In this document: in pieces, positions 33,790 through 46,156 of the stretch
Position numbering within the stretch: position 1 is the first letter of the stretch
Layout: every line of letters starts with the position of its first letter
Assembly (NCBI GenBank): GCA_937625935.1
Contig: OW569345.1
Span: 434,001-498,000, forward strand
Source: Tetramitus jugosus
Taxonomy: Eukaryota > Protista > Heterolobosea
Direction: 5' to 3'
DNA: 64,000 nt
Program-made: the position numbers and the translations under genes
The notes under the pieces: generated by a model
The model's input: the letters and a program-made list of their open reading frames with translations, nothing else
Database searches by the model: none
Told to the model about the DNA's origin: nothing

Positions 33790-34443
33790 ATGACATCAAG
33801 CGATCATCAACAACAACAGACGCATGCAGTTTCAAAGGAATCACTCAAGAAACTCATTCAACAAAAAGATGACATGGAAAAGGAGATTGGTCAACTTATT
33901 GTAAGCCTCGATGCCACACCTGTGGGTCGATCTGGTGCATTGGTCGATAGTGAAGGATTCCCTCGATCGGACATTGATTTGAATGCGATTCGAACAGAGA
34001 GAAATCGATTGATTTGTCTTCAGAATGATCATACGAATTTGATGTTGCGCATTGAAAAAGACATGGCCACATTGCATCAAATGACAAGAGATGAGCAACA
34101 ACAACAGACGGATGCCTCTGCACAGAGACAACAGCAATTTGAACAACAGTATGAACCATTTGTGATTGTGAATGCAGTGGCACCAGATTCACCTGCGAGT
34201 CGAAGTGGACTGAGAAAGGGTGATCGCATCTGTTTGTTTGGTTCAATTACCAAGAGACAAGTGGATCAGAATGGATTGGCAGTGTTGGGACAGGCAGTTG
34301 ATGCTAATTTGAACAAGGCAATGCCTGTGAAGGTTGTGAGAGATGACGACATGGGACAAGTGCATCTCGATCTGACTCTGACACCAATGAGATGGTCAGG
34401 TGCAGGCAACCTCGGATGTCACTTGCTCCCATTGACCAAATAG
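33790..34443 (+). CDS. PSMD9: 26S proteasome assembly chaperone Nas2/p27
   Basis: LVDSEGFPRSDID, LQNDH, a PDZ-like domain and WSGAGNLGCHL. Confidence 0.93.
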   Translation: MTSSDHQQQQTHAVSKESLKKLIQQKDDMEKEIGQLIVSLDATPVGRSGALVDSEGFPRSDIDLNAIRTERNRLICLQNDHTNLMLRIEKDMATLHQMTRDEQQQQTDASAQRQQQFEQQYEPFVIVNAVAPDSPASRSGLRKGDRICLFGSITKRQVDQNGLAVLGQAVDANLNKAMPVKVVRDDDMGQVHLDLTLTPMRWSGAGNLGCHLLPLTK

Positions 34444-34576
34444 ATCTATTTAGTCGAGTGTGTGAATAAGCGAATAGCAGCAACATCATGAATAAAGATG
34501 AGTGTAACATATACATAATTTTTATCATGATAATTCTGGGAGAGTCTCACCCAACCATATTGTTTGTACATTGTGC

Positions 34577-36545
34577 TTAGATTTGGATGAACCCATGCTC
34601 ATCCTCATCTAAATCGACATTGGAGAATTCGTTGGATTGACGCGTCGTCGTCGTATCAAAGTAGTTCATACTCTGTTCATAGGGAACATATTTCACCCCG
34701 CTATTGGAGCTATTGGAGTCTTTCCTAGGAGGGATCTGGAGTGTCATGGCCCGTCCAGCAATGACCGAAACACTGGGTGGTTCTGAATGACGCAGCACCG
34801 AGTCACGAGGTGTTTTTGGCAGTGTTTTTAGTTCATCACCTGGGCTTGGAGTCAGTGTTCGAGGAGTCTTGTTCCCAACAATGGCAACAGAAGGTGATTT
34901 TGGCGTTTTTAGTGTCATGACTTCCTCCATTGGAGAAAGAAGAGGTCCAGTACTATAAGTTTCAATCGAGTCCTGATTTCCTCCATATGGTATCAAGTGA
35001 ACCATTGCTTCTTCTTGTTGTTCTGGAATTCGTCGAAACGCCACAGAAACTAACAACAAGGGCAAGGCAACAAATAACAAATACCAGAACAATGTTTCAA
35101 TTGTCAGAGGTGAACCTGGCACATCAGTTCCTTTTGGAGTTTGGCATTTATAGGTGGCGTCTTGGAAAGGGAACTGCAGTCGTAAGCATCTTATATATGG
35201 TACTTCACACAACCAGAGCAGCATAATGAGAATGAATGCAAAGATGATGACAAGAAAGATCGGCGCCAACTTCTTAAATCGTCTCACAACTACCACTGTG
35301 TCATGGTCAAAATAAATATTTTCCAATCGATAACTTACACTATAGATCACAACAATGCACAGCAGCAAAATTATGAGCGATACGCAAGTCGTAACAGCAC
35401 TCGAAAATATCACTCTCGCCTTATAGTTATCAATCAAAAACTTGCTCATGGCAACACTGAGCCCGTACCACAACAATGCAGAAAATACATTAAACAACAT
35501 ATAAATAGAGAGTCCGTGTCGATTAATGAATCGCAGTGCAGCATACTTTTTGTTCGCTCGTTCCAAATCGCTTCTCGGATCCATCTGATAGAGATAATCG
35601 GTCACTTCTTGTGATTGTTCCGTGTATTCACTCAGACTAGGGCTGCCAATATCCTGTTGTTGTTGTTGTTGATAGAACGGTTTCATCATTGTCGTGCTAC
35701 TCGGCTGCTGCTGTTTCTTCTTCTGCTTCTTTTTCTTCATATTTTCCTTCCTGAGAAAGGATCGATAGTTTGACATTGTGCTGTGCGATAACAAATTCCT
35801 TTCGACGGCCTTCTGCTTATTTCGAAAGTAGACACGGAAGAACCACAGTCCAACACCAGACACCAACAAATTCAACAGAATCAACACTGATATTTCAGGC
35901 ATCAAAACAGGCAACCAAAACAAGGTGATTACACTGTGCAGTGATCGATCATCACCCAGCTCTGTAATTTGCTTTTTTGTTGTGGGCAAATAGGGCATGA
36001 GGACATAGAGTACAGTTTCCTATATTGACAAAAACAAAAAAAACAGATAACATGGGTATTATTAGCGAATAGCTCTCTCTCTCATCACTGTTGTCTAGTA
36101 AATGATTATAATAACACAAAAGAAAAAGAAGAAGAATCTGACATCTGACAACAACAACAACAGAAGAACAGTAGCAGCAACATACAATGCACAAAAACAG
36201 ACAAGAAATCAACAAGATAAACGTCTGCAATTCAAATTGCTTTGGCGAGTAGAATGCCTTTGTGAATCGTTCTGTAGCTTTGCTGGGACGAGATGATGAG
36301 AACCATCGAAAAGACAGTGATGATCTCTGGTGTCGTCGTTGCTTGTTGGATTCACATAGCAATTCATCTGTTGGTGTGGCTGTTCGTGACGATGATGGTG
36401 TTTGTGATTTACTGCTATTATGATGATGATGATGATGACTATTGTTGTTGAACAAGAAGGAGAGTAAAAGGGAGATGGAGAAGAGGCAGCAGAGTGATCC
36501 TGTGAGGCCTATTGTGATTTGAACACCAAGATTTTCATATCGCAT
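34577..36545 (-). CDS. Orphan seven-TM (GPCR-like topology) protein; exons 36545-36186, 36019-34577
   Basis: A GTATGT..TAG intron joins two ORFs (..LCI/ETVLYVLMPYL). Seven hydrophobic segments and an S/T/P-rich tail. Confidence 0.7.
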
Positions 36546-36737
36546 GATTGTTGATTGTATATTGTTGCTGTTATGGAATTGTTGGTTTTCATATATGGAG
36601 ATGAGTGGAGTGAGTGCTGGATACAGTGCAAGGTTGAAGTTTAGACGCAAAACATCTGGTGTTTTTTTATTTTTTCAACAGCACATCAACATCGTGAAAC
36701 AAAAGTTCCGACCTATTCCTGCTTCGACGACAGAAGA

Positions 36738-39700
36738 TCACGCGAGCTTCTTCAGGAAAGAGTTAATATCAAATTCTTCGTACTGCTTCTCTTCCCACAG
36801 TTCTGTTTGAGGTTCAGATGAGGAAGAACCGGTAACAGTGGTTGGTTGTGCCTTCTCACCATTTGAAACTTGAAATAGACTAACCAGTCTATCTGTGTTC
36901 ATGGATCTCTTATCGCTATCCTCTGTGTTGACTGCCGCCTTGGAAATGTTCAGTTTAAATTGTTCCAGTCTCATTAGCTTTTCCTCGAGCGTGTTTTTAG
37001 TCAAAATTCTGTACACATTCACCACCTTCTTTTGACCAATTCGATGAGCTCTGTCCATAGCCTGTAAATCTGTCGAAGGGTCCCAGTCGTGCTCAACAAA
37101 TATAACTGTATCGGCTCCTGTCAAGTTCAAACCAAGACCTCCTACGTGGGTTGTCAACAACAGAACGTCAATAGTGGGATCACTATTGAATTTGTGAACA
37201 ATACCGAATCTTTGGGAAGGCTCAACAGTACCATCCAATCTCATATAAGAAACAGATGGCATATGGTTTTTGAAGAGATCAAATTCTATCAAATCTAGTA
37301 CAGATTTCATCTGACAGAAGATCAGAACTCTATGCTGACTCATAAAGTCAACCTCTTCATTAGCTGTGACGCTATTACCGATACCACAGTCATAGAGAAG
37401 CTGTTTCAAAGCCAGCATTTTGGGTGAAAGAGAAACATCGTGCAAATCCTTTCCTTCATTTTGAAGCTCAGAGCAAACTCTATCATATTGAGGATGATTC
37501 TCATTCACAACCAAACAAGGATGATTGCAAAGTTTTCTGAGATATTGCAAACCTTGGAACACATGCTGTTTGTTCTCCTCTTGTTCTAGATTTCGGGAGC
37601 CATTCTTGGCCATGTGATTCAGAGTTTCTGCAATCTCATCCGCCATGTGAGATTTGGAAAATTCTTCATAGAGGCGCGCTTGAAGTGGTGTGAGATCGCA
37701 GTAGCAATCTTGAATAATCTTTTCAGGTAAGTCCTGCAAAACATCCTCCTTCACACGTCTTAACAAGAATGGAAGAATTTGCCTGTTCAGAGCATCTAAT
37801 GCCTGAGTACCTTCTGCTTGTTCCTTTGCAGTTGCCTTTGCATCTTTTCCTGTCTGTATAGGTTTACTGTATCTCGCAATAAACTCTTTTTCTGTTCCTA
37901 GAAATCCTGGCATCAAGAAGTCAAACAAGGGCCATAACTCAATCACGTTATTCTGTACAGGTGTACCGCTCAATATTAGACGATGATTAGCATTAATCAT
38001 CTTTACAGCTCGTGTTACTTGAGCCTTCTTATTTTTGATAATATGACCTTCATCCAGGATACAATAGTTCCAACCACTCTGAACATCTACCATTCGGTCC
38101 ACATCGTTTCGAAGAACATCATATGAAATGATCACAACATCTAACTCATTCATAGTGTCTCTGACTTCCTTTTTCTGGCTTACGGTACCCGAATATTGTG
38201 CGATCTTTAAATCTGGACAAAATTGATTGATCTCATGATACCAATGACCGACCAGAGTAGGAGGGCATACAACCAACGAAGGGAGTGAAATATACTCCAA
38301 ACTACCTGTTTGTTGGAACATCTTCTTTCTCTCGAATATATCACTTGCAATCATACAGATTGTTTGTAGTGTCTTGCCCAAACCCATATCATCACACAAT
38401 ATACCATGTAGATTATACTTGTTCAAAAATGCCATCCAAGATATACCATCCTTTTGATATTGACGAAGCTCGGCATTGATGTGAATAGGAAGAACATATG
38501 GTTCAACCTTACTGTTGTCAAGTAGCTGATCAATAAACTTTCTTTCCTTTTCGCGCGCCTCCTCAAAGCCTGGTGGGGCAGAAGCAGAATTCTCCAATGG
38601 CAGTATGTTGATTACCATTCCAAAACAGTTCGATGCAAGTTCTCTCGTTATGAGATCCTGATCACTCATTCTTCTGAGAAGAGGGACGACAAAGAATACG
38701 ATGTATGGCAAAATTGTAATATCCAATGTCGTTATTATCTTGTAGATAACAGAAACGGCACCTCTCCTCGAGTTCGCATCCTTTGGATCTGCCAACATAC
38801 GAAATAGTTTTTCGATAATAATTTTCATTGATCCGTGAAGTGCCACATTGCAAAGCGTCGCAACAGCCAAAGCATTGTATGCCAGTATTTGTTCATTTGG
38901 AAGAGATACCAGAGCAAGAATTGAATCCAAAATGCTCAATAAGTGACAATGCAGCTCCTCGTGAACTGATGGTGCTATTTCTGTGAGTATGTGGAAGGCG
39001 TTAATTACACTCTGAATATCGTTCATGTTGTTCATCACAGATCCACCGATGCCGCACAAAACTCCACCGGTATATGACCAGATGCAAGGAAGCAACTCAA
39101 AAAACTTTGGACCCAAATTTCTCGCCATATAGTTCATCGCAAGACTGGCACCTCTGTGAGCTATCTGCTCTTTTGTTTTGACTTCTGGTTCTTCAACAGC
39201 TTTTTTCTTTGTGCTCTTTTTGGTTTTCTTCGCTTCTTCAACTTCTGGCTTCAGAGTGATAGGTGGTCTGTTGGCACACAGAAGCCCACACAGATTGAGG
39301 GCAACAGATTCAATGGTTTGCTGATGGGCAGTGGCACATTGATGAACTAAAGATGCAAGAGCAAAAGAGCTTCTGTCTTGAAGAGAGGGACTTATCGTTT
39401 CTGATGATAGGGAGTGCATCAATGCTTGAATGATTGAGTCAATATTTTGGGGAATAATGTTGGCATGAACGATTGCACATGAGATACAAGCCATTACTTC
39501 GTTGTGAATATTAACAGATGTTTTCGTGTACCGATCTACTGTCCCAAGAACTTTGTTTCGTAGTAGATCAGTCTCCTTCTTCATTGCAACATCTTCCATA
39601 TTGGCCACGCAGAAGTCATATATTCTTGTAGCAACATCTGTAGCATCTTCTAGAGACAAATGATTGATTGATGACACCTGTGTTTGCGGATCAACAGTGT

Positions 39701-42128
39701 AGTAGGAAGCCACGTCAAAGTTAGCAGAAGCAAAGTACTGAAGTAACATATTGGATTCAGCGAGTATTAAATTATATAGCTGATGCATCTCCAAATATGA
39801 AAATTGTTGATTGGTCATAATATCAAGTAGACGCTTAATTATGCTCTCCGGTAGTTTGATTGTCTGGCTACCACTCAGATACAACTCCTGTATAATAAAA
39901 GAACCGATTTCTCTATGTGCTGCCCATTCGGAATCCAAAAGGAATTGAACCACATGGAAGAAAGAGCTCATATCCGTTTGGTAACAAGCAGATGCCAACT
40001 TGGCAATCGCCCTGCAACCATGTATCCTCATTGCGATCAGCTCTTCAATACTTTCTAACATCAGACGCATTGAAAATGATTTGTGCTCTTGGGTATCAGA
40101 CTCAACGACAGGTGGAGCAGTCTGATCTTTACTTTTCTTTCTTCCCTTTGCTTTAGTTGAGGCTGTTGCTTTTGGAATTGTATATTGTAATGCACTCCGC
40201 ACAGAACTTGGTAGAACCATCAAACTAACATCCATTTTTGATCCATAATTTGTTGCCAGCAGTGATATCCAATTGTTAAAAAGAGAATCTGCAGTTTCCA
40301 TAACTCTTTGAGGAACGACCTTAGCGAGTATTACATCCCATACAGCGAGTGATGCCGCAATAATTTCCGCTTTTGCCTCAAGTATGATATTCTGGAATAC
40401 ATACGCCAATGTATCACGAAAGATTGGAGCCAACCAGATCCAACAATCTGCTGATCCTGTGATTAATTTATGAAGCGTATCTACAGCGGATCTACGAACT
40501 GTAGCCAAATTATGTCTCAAGAAAGGCCATAAACGAGGCACTAACTTGCTTAAGTTTTTTGTAAAATGAACTGAACTACTATCTTGAGAACCAACAAGGG
40601 CGTAAAACTTTGCCAATAATCTCATAATACTGGCTGTTGCTGATGATAAATCGTCGAGATCTAACAAAATATCCCATAGCTTAGTGTTGATGTGATGGAG
40701 TTCTTTCGGTGCAAGACGAATGATGTGCTCGGCTACGGGCACTAATGCCTCCGCGGCTACAGATCGAACATCATCGGATGAATCATCGATCGCTGAAATA
40801 ATAGCCGGTAAGACGGTCGGAAGCAATTCATCAATATCTGCCAATCGGATGGCAATCGTGTACTTTAGTCCCAATAAACCTCCATGTCTTACTTGCCAAT
40901 GCTCACCACCCGCCAACGATATTAAACATTGAACAATATTTTTCACTGTGTCACTGCAAGTGTGTCGCAAAACTACGGCTAGTATTTGTGCGCAAGTCTC
41001 TCTGACTGGAGATATTGCCTGATCCGAAACAAAATCTGTAAACTGGTCTAGGATAAAGACGCTAAGCACACAAATGCAAATATCTTCCAAATACTTTTGA
41101 TTTGCCACAAATAATGCATTCGAATCGATACACTTTGTCGACTTTCCTGCTGAAGAGCCATGAGAGGTGAAAATTTCTCTCAAACCAATTGCAGCTCCAT
41201 GTCTAATCTCCCACTGTGGATCAAACAGATCTGTTCTCAGTCGTTCAACCAACCAATAAAATGCCCAATGATCATCATCCTTTAAAGGAACACTACTATC
41301 GAAATCTTCTTCAGAATCTGCTGTTTTTTGTTTTTTTGTTGCTCGCTCGTCAGAATCAGCTTCATTCTGAGCTAACTTAGATGGCCTCTTCTGTTTTTTG
41401 GCCTCTCTCTTGCGTTGATTGTACTGTCTTCGCTCGGAGGCTGTCATATTCAAGAGGTCTACACTGTCATCAATCGCATGTTTGACAGTTTCATCCATTT
41501 CGCCGTCTTGTTGTTGATGGAATGCATCCTCTGATTCCACCTTTTTCTTCTGAAAAATAGGACCATTCAATCCTAGCAATGGTCTTAGATTTTTCTTATT
41601 GATAATAAGTTTTTGCAATTGTGTCTTGTTGGGATCGAGATCATAGGGATGATTTCCATCAGAATCGGCGGCAGCCAACAATGGAACACCATATTGCATC
41701 ACCTTGTGAACATCAAACATGGAAAACGATAACTTTTCATCAAAATCATCAGGTATCGTTGTTGTTATCGTACTATTGTTTTCCTCACTCGCAACTGAAT
41801 GACTGTCCTTGTTGTTATTGTCTGACAACTCATCCTCCTCCTTCTTGATTTGCTCTGATTGGCGATGAGACATTTGGGAAATGCAATGAACTTGTTCAAA
41901 TTTTGGAACGAACTGAGAGATGGCTGATATGGCTTCACCAGCCGCCACTCTTGTCTCCCAACACTTTGATCGCAACAGTTGACTCACCTTTGCGAGAACA
42001 TAGGGTTGTTCATCTTGATGATATTTTGTTGCTTCACCAACTTGTTTGGCAGCAACGCTACGAACAGCAGCACTACCACTGTCCAATAGATTCAAGAGAC
42101 GGTCCAATCGAGAAGAATTCTGTGACAT
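36738..42128 (-). CDS. MOT1: TBP-associated SNF2 ATPase Mot1/BTAF1
   Basis: SRLDRLLNLLDSGS, WETRVAA, HEAT repeats, GILCDDMGLGKT, DEGH and QAMDRAHRIGQ. Confidence 0.96.
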   Translation of the reverse strand: MSQNSSRLDRLLNLLDSGSAAVRSVAAKQVGEATKYHQDEQPYVLAKVSQLLRSKCWETRVAAGEAISAISQFVPKFEQVHCISQMSHRQSEQIKKEEDELSDNNNKDSHSVASEENNSTITTTIPDDFDEKLSFSMFDVHKVMQYGVPLLAAADSDGNHPYDLDPNKTQLQKLIINKKNLRPLLGLNGPIFQKKKVESEDAFHQQQDGEMDETVKHAIDDSVDLLNMTASERRQYNQRKREAKKQKRPSKLAQNEADSDERATKKQKTADSEEDFDSSVPLKDDDHWAFYWLVERLRTDLFDPQWEIRHGAAIGLREIFTSHGSSAGKSTKCIDSNALFVANQKYLEDICICVLSVFILDQFTDFVSDQAISPVRETCAQILAVVLRHTCSDTVKNIVQCLISLAGGEHWQVRHGGLLGLKYTIAIRLADIDELLPTVLPAIISAIDDSSDDVRSVAAEALVPVAEHIIRLAPKELHHINTKLWDILLDLDDLSSATASIMRLLAKFYALVGSQDSSSVHFTKNLSKLVPRLWPFLRHNLATVRRSAVDTLHKLITGSADCWIWLAPIFRDTLAYVFQNIILEAKAEIIAASLAVWDVILAKVVPQRVMETADSLFNNWISLLATNYGSKMDVSLMVLPSSVRSALQYTIPKATASTKAKGRKKSKDQTAPPVVESDTQEHKSFSMRLMLESIEELIAMRIHGCRAIAKLASACYQTDMSSFFHVVQFLLDSEWAAHREIGSFIIQELYLSGSQTIKLPESIIKRLLDIMTNQQFSYLEMHQLYNLILAESNMLLQYFASANFDVASYYTVDPQTQVSSINHLSLEDATDVATRIYDFCVANMEDVAMKKETDLLRNKVLGTVDRYTKTSVNIHNEVMACISCAIVHANIIPQNIDSIIQALMHSLSSETISPSLQDRSSFALASLVHQCATAHQQTIESVALNLCGLLCANRPPITLKPEVEEAKKTKKSTKKKAVEEPEVKTKEQIAHRGASLAMNYMARNLGPKFFELLPCIWSYTGGVLCGIGGSVMNNMNDIQSVINAFHILTEIAPSVHEELHCHLLSILDSILALVSLPNEQILAYNALAVATLCNVALHGSMKIIIEKLFRMLADPKDANSRRGAVSVIYKIITTLDITILPYIVFFVVPLLRRMSDQDLITRELASNCFGMVINILPLENSASAPPGFEEAREKERKFIDQLLDNSKVEPYVLPIHINAELRQYQKDGISWMAFLNKYNLHGILCDDMGLGKTLQTICMIASDIFERKKMFQQTGSLEYISLPSLVVCPPTLVGHWYHEINQFCPDLKIAQYSGTVSQKKEVRDTMNELDVVIISYDVLRNDVDRMVDVQSGWNYCILDEGHIIKNKKAQVTRAVKMINANHRLILSGTPVQNNVIELWPLFDFLMPGFLGTEKEFIARYSKPIQTGKDAKATAKEQAEGTQALDALNRQILPFLLRRVKEDVLQDLPEKIIQDCYCDLTPLQARLYEEFSKSHMADEIAETLNHMAKNGSRNLEQEENKQHVFQGLQYLRKLCNHPCLVVNENHPQYDRVCSELQNEGKDLHDVSLSPKMLALKQLLYDCGIGNSVTANEEVDFMSQHRVLIFCQMKSVLDLIEFDLFKNHMPSVSYMRLDGTVEPSQRFGIVHKFNSDPTIDVLLLTTHVGGLGLNLTGADTVIFVEHDWDPSTDLQAMDRAHRIGQKKVVNVYRILTKNTLEEKLMRLEQFKLNISKAAVNTEDSDKRSMNTDRLVSLFQVSNGEKAQPTTVTGSSSSEPQTELWEEKQYEEFDINSFLKKLA

Positions 42129-42230
42129 ACTCACTGCGGAATTCAAAGTGAGAGAAAAAATCGATAAATGCCTTCAGACTAAGAAGTGATAATAGCTAAG
42201 CTTTGTTCTTGTGCGTTCATTTTCTGACGG

Positions 42231-42276
42231 CTTTTATAGCTCATAAACATTGTAAAACAGTCAACCAATTGGTTGA
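42231..42276. promoter_or_regulatory. MOT1/COG4 bidirectional promoter: TATAAAAG (minus strand) and a 16-bp double-CCAAT palindrome
   Basis: cttttata at 42231-42238 and TCAACCAATTGGTTGA at 42261-42276. Confidence 0.45.
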
Positions 42277-42350
42277 ATCGCACATTCAAACAAAATATGA
42301 TTCTCCGATGATGCGCATTTCCCCGACCTAAAAACTATCGCCAAAATTCG

Positions 42351-44769
42351 ATGAAGAAGAATCAATCATCTCCCATGACCATCTCTGACCAATTGCTGCA
42401 GCAGGTGTATGACCTGATGGAACAATGTGATAAGGAAGATAAGATTGCTAATTTGGAATTTGATCAAATCGTTGAACACAATCAACACATGCTTGAGATT
42501 CAATTGAGTGAGATTGATGAAGTGAGACATCAGATTGTAAATGCACAACAAAGAGCTAGAGCATTATCTAATGGTATCACATCAGTTCATCAATTGGCCG
42601 AAGGTGTGAGCTCCCAAGTCAGACAACTTCATTTGATACAATCAAGAGTGAAAGAAGCATTGAATGCAATTGAGGGAAACATTGGACTCAAGAGTTGTTT
42701 ACAGGGAGTGGAAGAGGCGATTCGGGATGAGGATTATGAAAAGGCTGCTCAGTATATTAGCCGTGTCTACAATCTCAATGGACAACAACAACAGCCACAG
42801 ATAACAAAGAAACAAGGAGAGGAATCAGAACAATATGGAAGCAGTAGCAATGGTGATGATAACCAGTCAATCGAGATGGATGATCAGACATCTTCATCCA
42901 CAATGAACAACAACAATAATGCATCGAATCTGATTGCATTGAAACAATCACATGAGAAGATGAATGAAATTGCACGATCAATGCTCAAAAAGAGTTTACA
43001 GGAAATGAATTTGGAGAATATGGAACGGTTTGCAAAATTGTTTACTCCACTGCACATTGAAAAGGATGGATTGATCATTTTTACCGAGTATTTGATAGAG
43101 CAGACAAGGAGTGAATTGGAAGAAATTGTGAAAAGCGATTTGAGCAAAGTGGGTATGTACATATGCATCTTTTTTTATTCCTTGGTGTTTCTTTGGTTCG
43201 ATTCAGGACACGGATGACTCGCTCACTTTTCATTTTCTTTCCATTTTCCTGAATTTGATATCAAAAGCCGATCTTAAGCTATTGGATGACAGCGAAGAAT
43301 ATGATGACTATAACCAAGACGAAGAAGATTCCATTACGTTTGTTGATCTCTTGAGACAAGTTGTCGATATTATAGCTGGAACAGTCGAATCGAATGAACA
43401 GTTTATAGTGGCGAACTTTGGAGGAAGAGACAAATTGATCTATGTTCTATCAGCAATGCAGCAACTATGTGAAGAAGTGGCCCTGCTCATATTGGACTCT
43501 TTTGTTAAAAAGCGAAGAATTGCTGAAAAGTTTGATACTATTACAAAACTATATAGTCGACACGCTCACTCCAAACAAAAATTGGAACCGGTGGATACAA
43601 GAGAGCTCGATCTACTATTAGAAGAAACTGTTACACTCTGCTCTTGTGTGGAAATCTATGAAAAGTTTGTACAGAGAAAATACAAAGCAGCTATCGCAAA
43701 TATACCGAAACCAGAGTATGAATTCAATCGACAGAGTAAAGTACAAGCTAGAATGCAGGAAATTCTTGCATTTTATATTCCTTTGGATGAATTCTTTATG
43801 AAGAAGAGCATTGATATTGCGGTTGATTTGACCTATCAGGAGCTCAATGCCAAACATGAACTTGAAAATTTAGAAAATGAGTCAGATGAGGAATCAGATG
43901 AGGATGAAATGGAAGATGATAGCCAAAAATGTGCTTCAGTTGTTGAGGATACCTTCTTTGTTTTACAAAAGAGTTTAAGCAGAGCAATAACATCAAACAA
44001 CATATCTCTAATTAGTCAGATACTGAGTACCATTAATTCAATATTGTTAGATGTACTAAAGGAGAAGATATTTAACTTGATTCGCAATGAGGCAACCAAG
44101 TATATTGGCATCAATAGTCTTGAACTAGCACAGAATTATGTTATTAAACTAAAGCGAGAGTATGACAAAATGTGTGAGTACTCGATCAAACCTGAGGAAG
44201 ACAGTCAAAAGAAGAAATTGAATTCATGCTCCTCAGATTTTGTAAAAACATCTCGCAATTTCCAAGAATCAGTCGACCATCAGATCAGATCAATTGTAGA
44301 TATGAGAATAGAACCATCATTAGAGCTAATCAAACAATGGGACTCCAAGATAAACATGGAATTCTTTGTACAGGAGTTAGAACGTGTTACAACAGAATTC
44401 AAACGCAAGTTTACCACCAACAATTTTGATAAATTTATTCAGGAGATTGCAACAAGGCTAACTGACAAAATGGAGAAAGTCGTCATGCAGAGGAACTTCA
44501 ATCCATATAGCGCTCTCAGACTCGATGGAGATATTCGATCTCTGATGCTCTATCTATCCAATAAGACTCAGGCAGTCGTTCGTGACAAATTTGCTCGGCT
44601 AGGACAAATTTCATTCCTCCTCAAGGTGAACTCACCAGAGGAAGTACTAGAATACTGGAATGATGATGCAGGAATGACTGCCATCAATCTGACCTCAGCC
44701 GATGTCAAGAGGGTGCTGAAGAGACGCGAGGACTTTAAGGCATCCGATATCGACCAATTGGAGATGTAA
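42351..44769 (+). CDS. COG4: Conserved oligomeric Golgi complex subunit 4; exons 42351-43152, 43268-44769
   Basis: LAEGVSSQVRQL..SRV, EDYEKAA, ELDLLLEE, VEDTFFVLQKSLSRA and LRLDGDIRSL..VRDKFARLGQI. Confidence 0.9.
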
Positions 44770-44839
44770 CAACAACTATACAACAAAAAATGATAAAGAT
44801 GAATGTGTCCATCATGATGTCAAAGCACTGTATTATGAT

Positions 44840-45769
44840 TTAAAATTGCATTGGATCATCTGGAACTCTAGGGTTGGGACAAGCATTTGCATAATGTCCC
44901 TTTTGTTTGCACTTGTGACACGTAATGTGATCAAATGATCGTCTCTGTGGATTGTTTGGATCTTGTGGTTGATAGCGATTCGATTGATTGTACTGTGATG
45001 ATTGTTGTTGATAGTATGGCTGTTGTTGCTGCTGTTGTTGTTGTTGTTGTGGTGGCATCATCATGTTGTTTTGTGTCTGTGATTGCCCCAATGTCGGTAT
45101 GGATCTCGGATTGTGTTGTTGTTGTTGTTGATGAGAATGACCGTTTGGTCTTCTTTGTTGTTGTGATTGTGGTTGATACGGTTGTGATTGTTGCTGTTGC
45201 TGTTGTTGAGGCATGACCTTTCTTCTGACTCCAAACTCTGCATTCTGTGACAAGTGATCCTGCATGTCCTTTGGAATATCAAACTTTGGATGAGCAAATT
45301 TACAGTTTGGTCCCTTGGCACAAAAACCCGCCAAATAGTCGGGGCAGGCCAACCGGAGAATATGCTTGAGTCGACAGTTGGGACCATGTTTGCAAAAGCC
45401 TCTGTTGAACCAGGGGCATGGCTTCACCTTGTCCTCCTTTCTAATGTGCAAGAAAATACATTCTGGATTACTGCACTCCTCGTACTTTGCAAAAAACCAG
45501 CATTCTGGCATTTTTTTGGGAATGTACTCGTGCAAGAATTCACATGCATCACCCTTTTTACACAATGCACGCAACCAATGCTTACAAACAACGGCCTTCT
45601 CTGCTCTGACGTGTCTGAATGGGCAGTCTTTGCCCTTGGCACAGTGACCTCTCAGATAAAATTTGCAAATTTCACGCGAAGCTTCCTTTGAGAAATTTTT
45701 GGCGTCTTCTCCCTCGAGTACCGTTTCGAAATCAAAGTGCGTTTCATAGTCGTCAAAACGTCCGATCAT
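44840..45769 (-). CDS. CPSF4: Cleavage and polyadenylation specificity factor 30 kDa (Yth1)
   Basis: Five CCCH fingers (VVCKHWLRALCKKGDACEFLHEY), a polyQ linker and the CCHC knuckle CHKCKQKGHYANAC. Confidence 0.95.
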   Translation of the reverse strand: MIGRFDDYETHFDFETVLEGEDAKNFSKEASREICKFYLRGHCAKGKDCPFRHVRAEKAVVCKHWLRALCKKGDACEFLHEYIPKKMPECWFFAKYEECSNPECIFLHIRKEDKVKPCPWFNRGFCKHGPNCRLKHILRLACPDYLAGFCAKGPNCKFAHPKFDIPKDMQDHLSQNAEFGVRRKVMPQQQQQQQSQPYQPQSQQQRRPNGHSHQQQQQHNPRSIPTLGQSQTQNNMMMPPQQQQQQQQQQPYYQQQSSQYNQSNRYQPQDPNNPQRRSFDHITCHKCKQKGHYANACPNPRVPDDPMQF

Positions 45770-46156
45770 ATTTGTTGATGATGATGATGAGGAGATGTGA
45801 TGATGATCGCGTCAAAGTACTATCGGTGAAGATTGTTTGATTTTGTTTTTTTTCTTGTTGTAATTGTCCGTCTCATTGAACGATTTCACTCCGATCGCGG
45901 ATAAATGAGGGCTTGCGCGCCTGGTGAGATATTTACGGAGCTTCAAAAAGTCCAATGGCCGTATTCTTAGTCCGTTGCGGCGTTACGGTTCATCCTTGGC
46001 TCCTCTAAACCTTTAAATATCGGTCATATGGAACGAAACCCAAAGAACTGATCACCACAACCAACACTAAACAACACGAAAGACAGAAGCACATCATCTG
46101 AACAACAATCAAAATAGTTCATACTTTAACCATATTCTCACAACACATCGATAACA

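Noticed and set aside
43195-43206. GGTTCGATTC, resembling a tRNA T-loop or B-box, in the COG4 intron
   Set aside because: No A-box, acceptor stem or cloverleaf around it.
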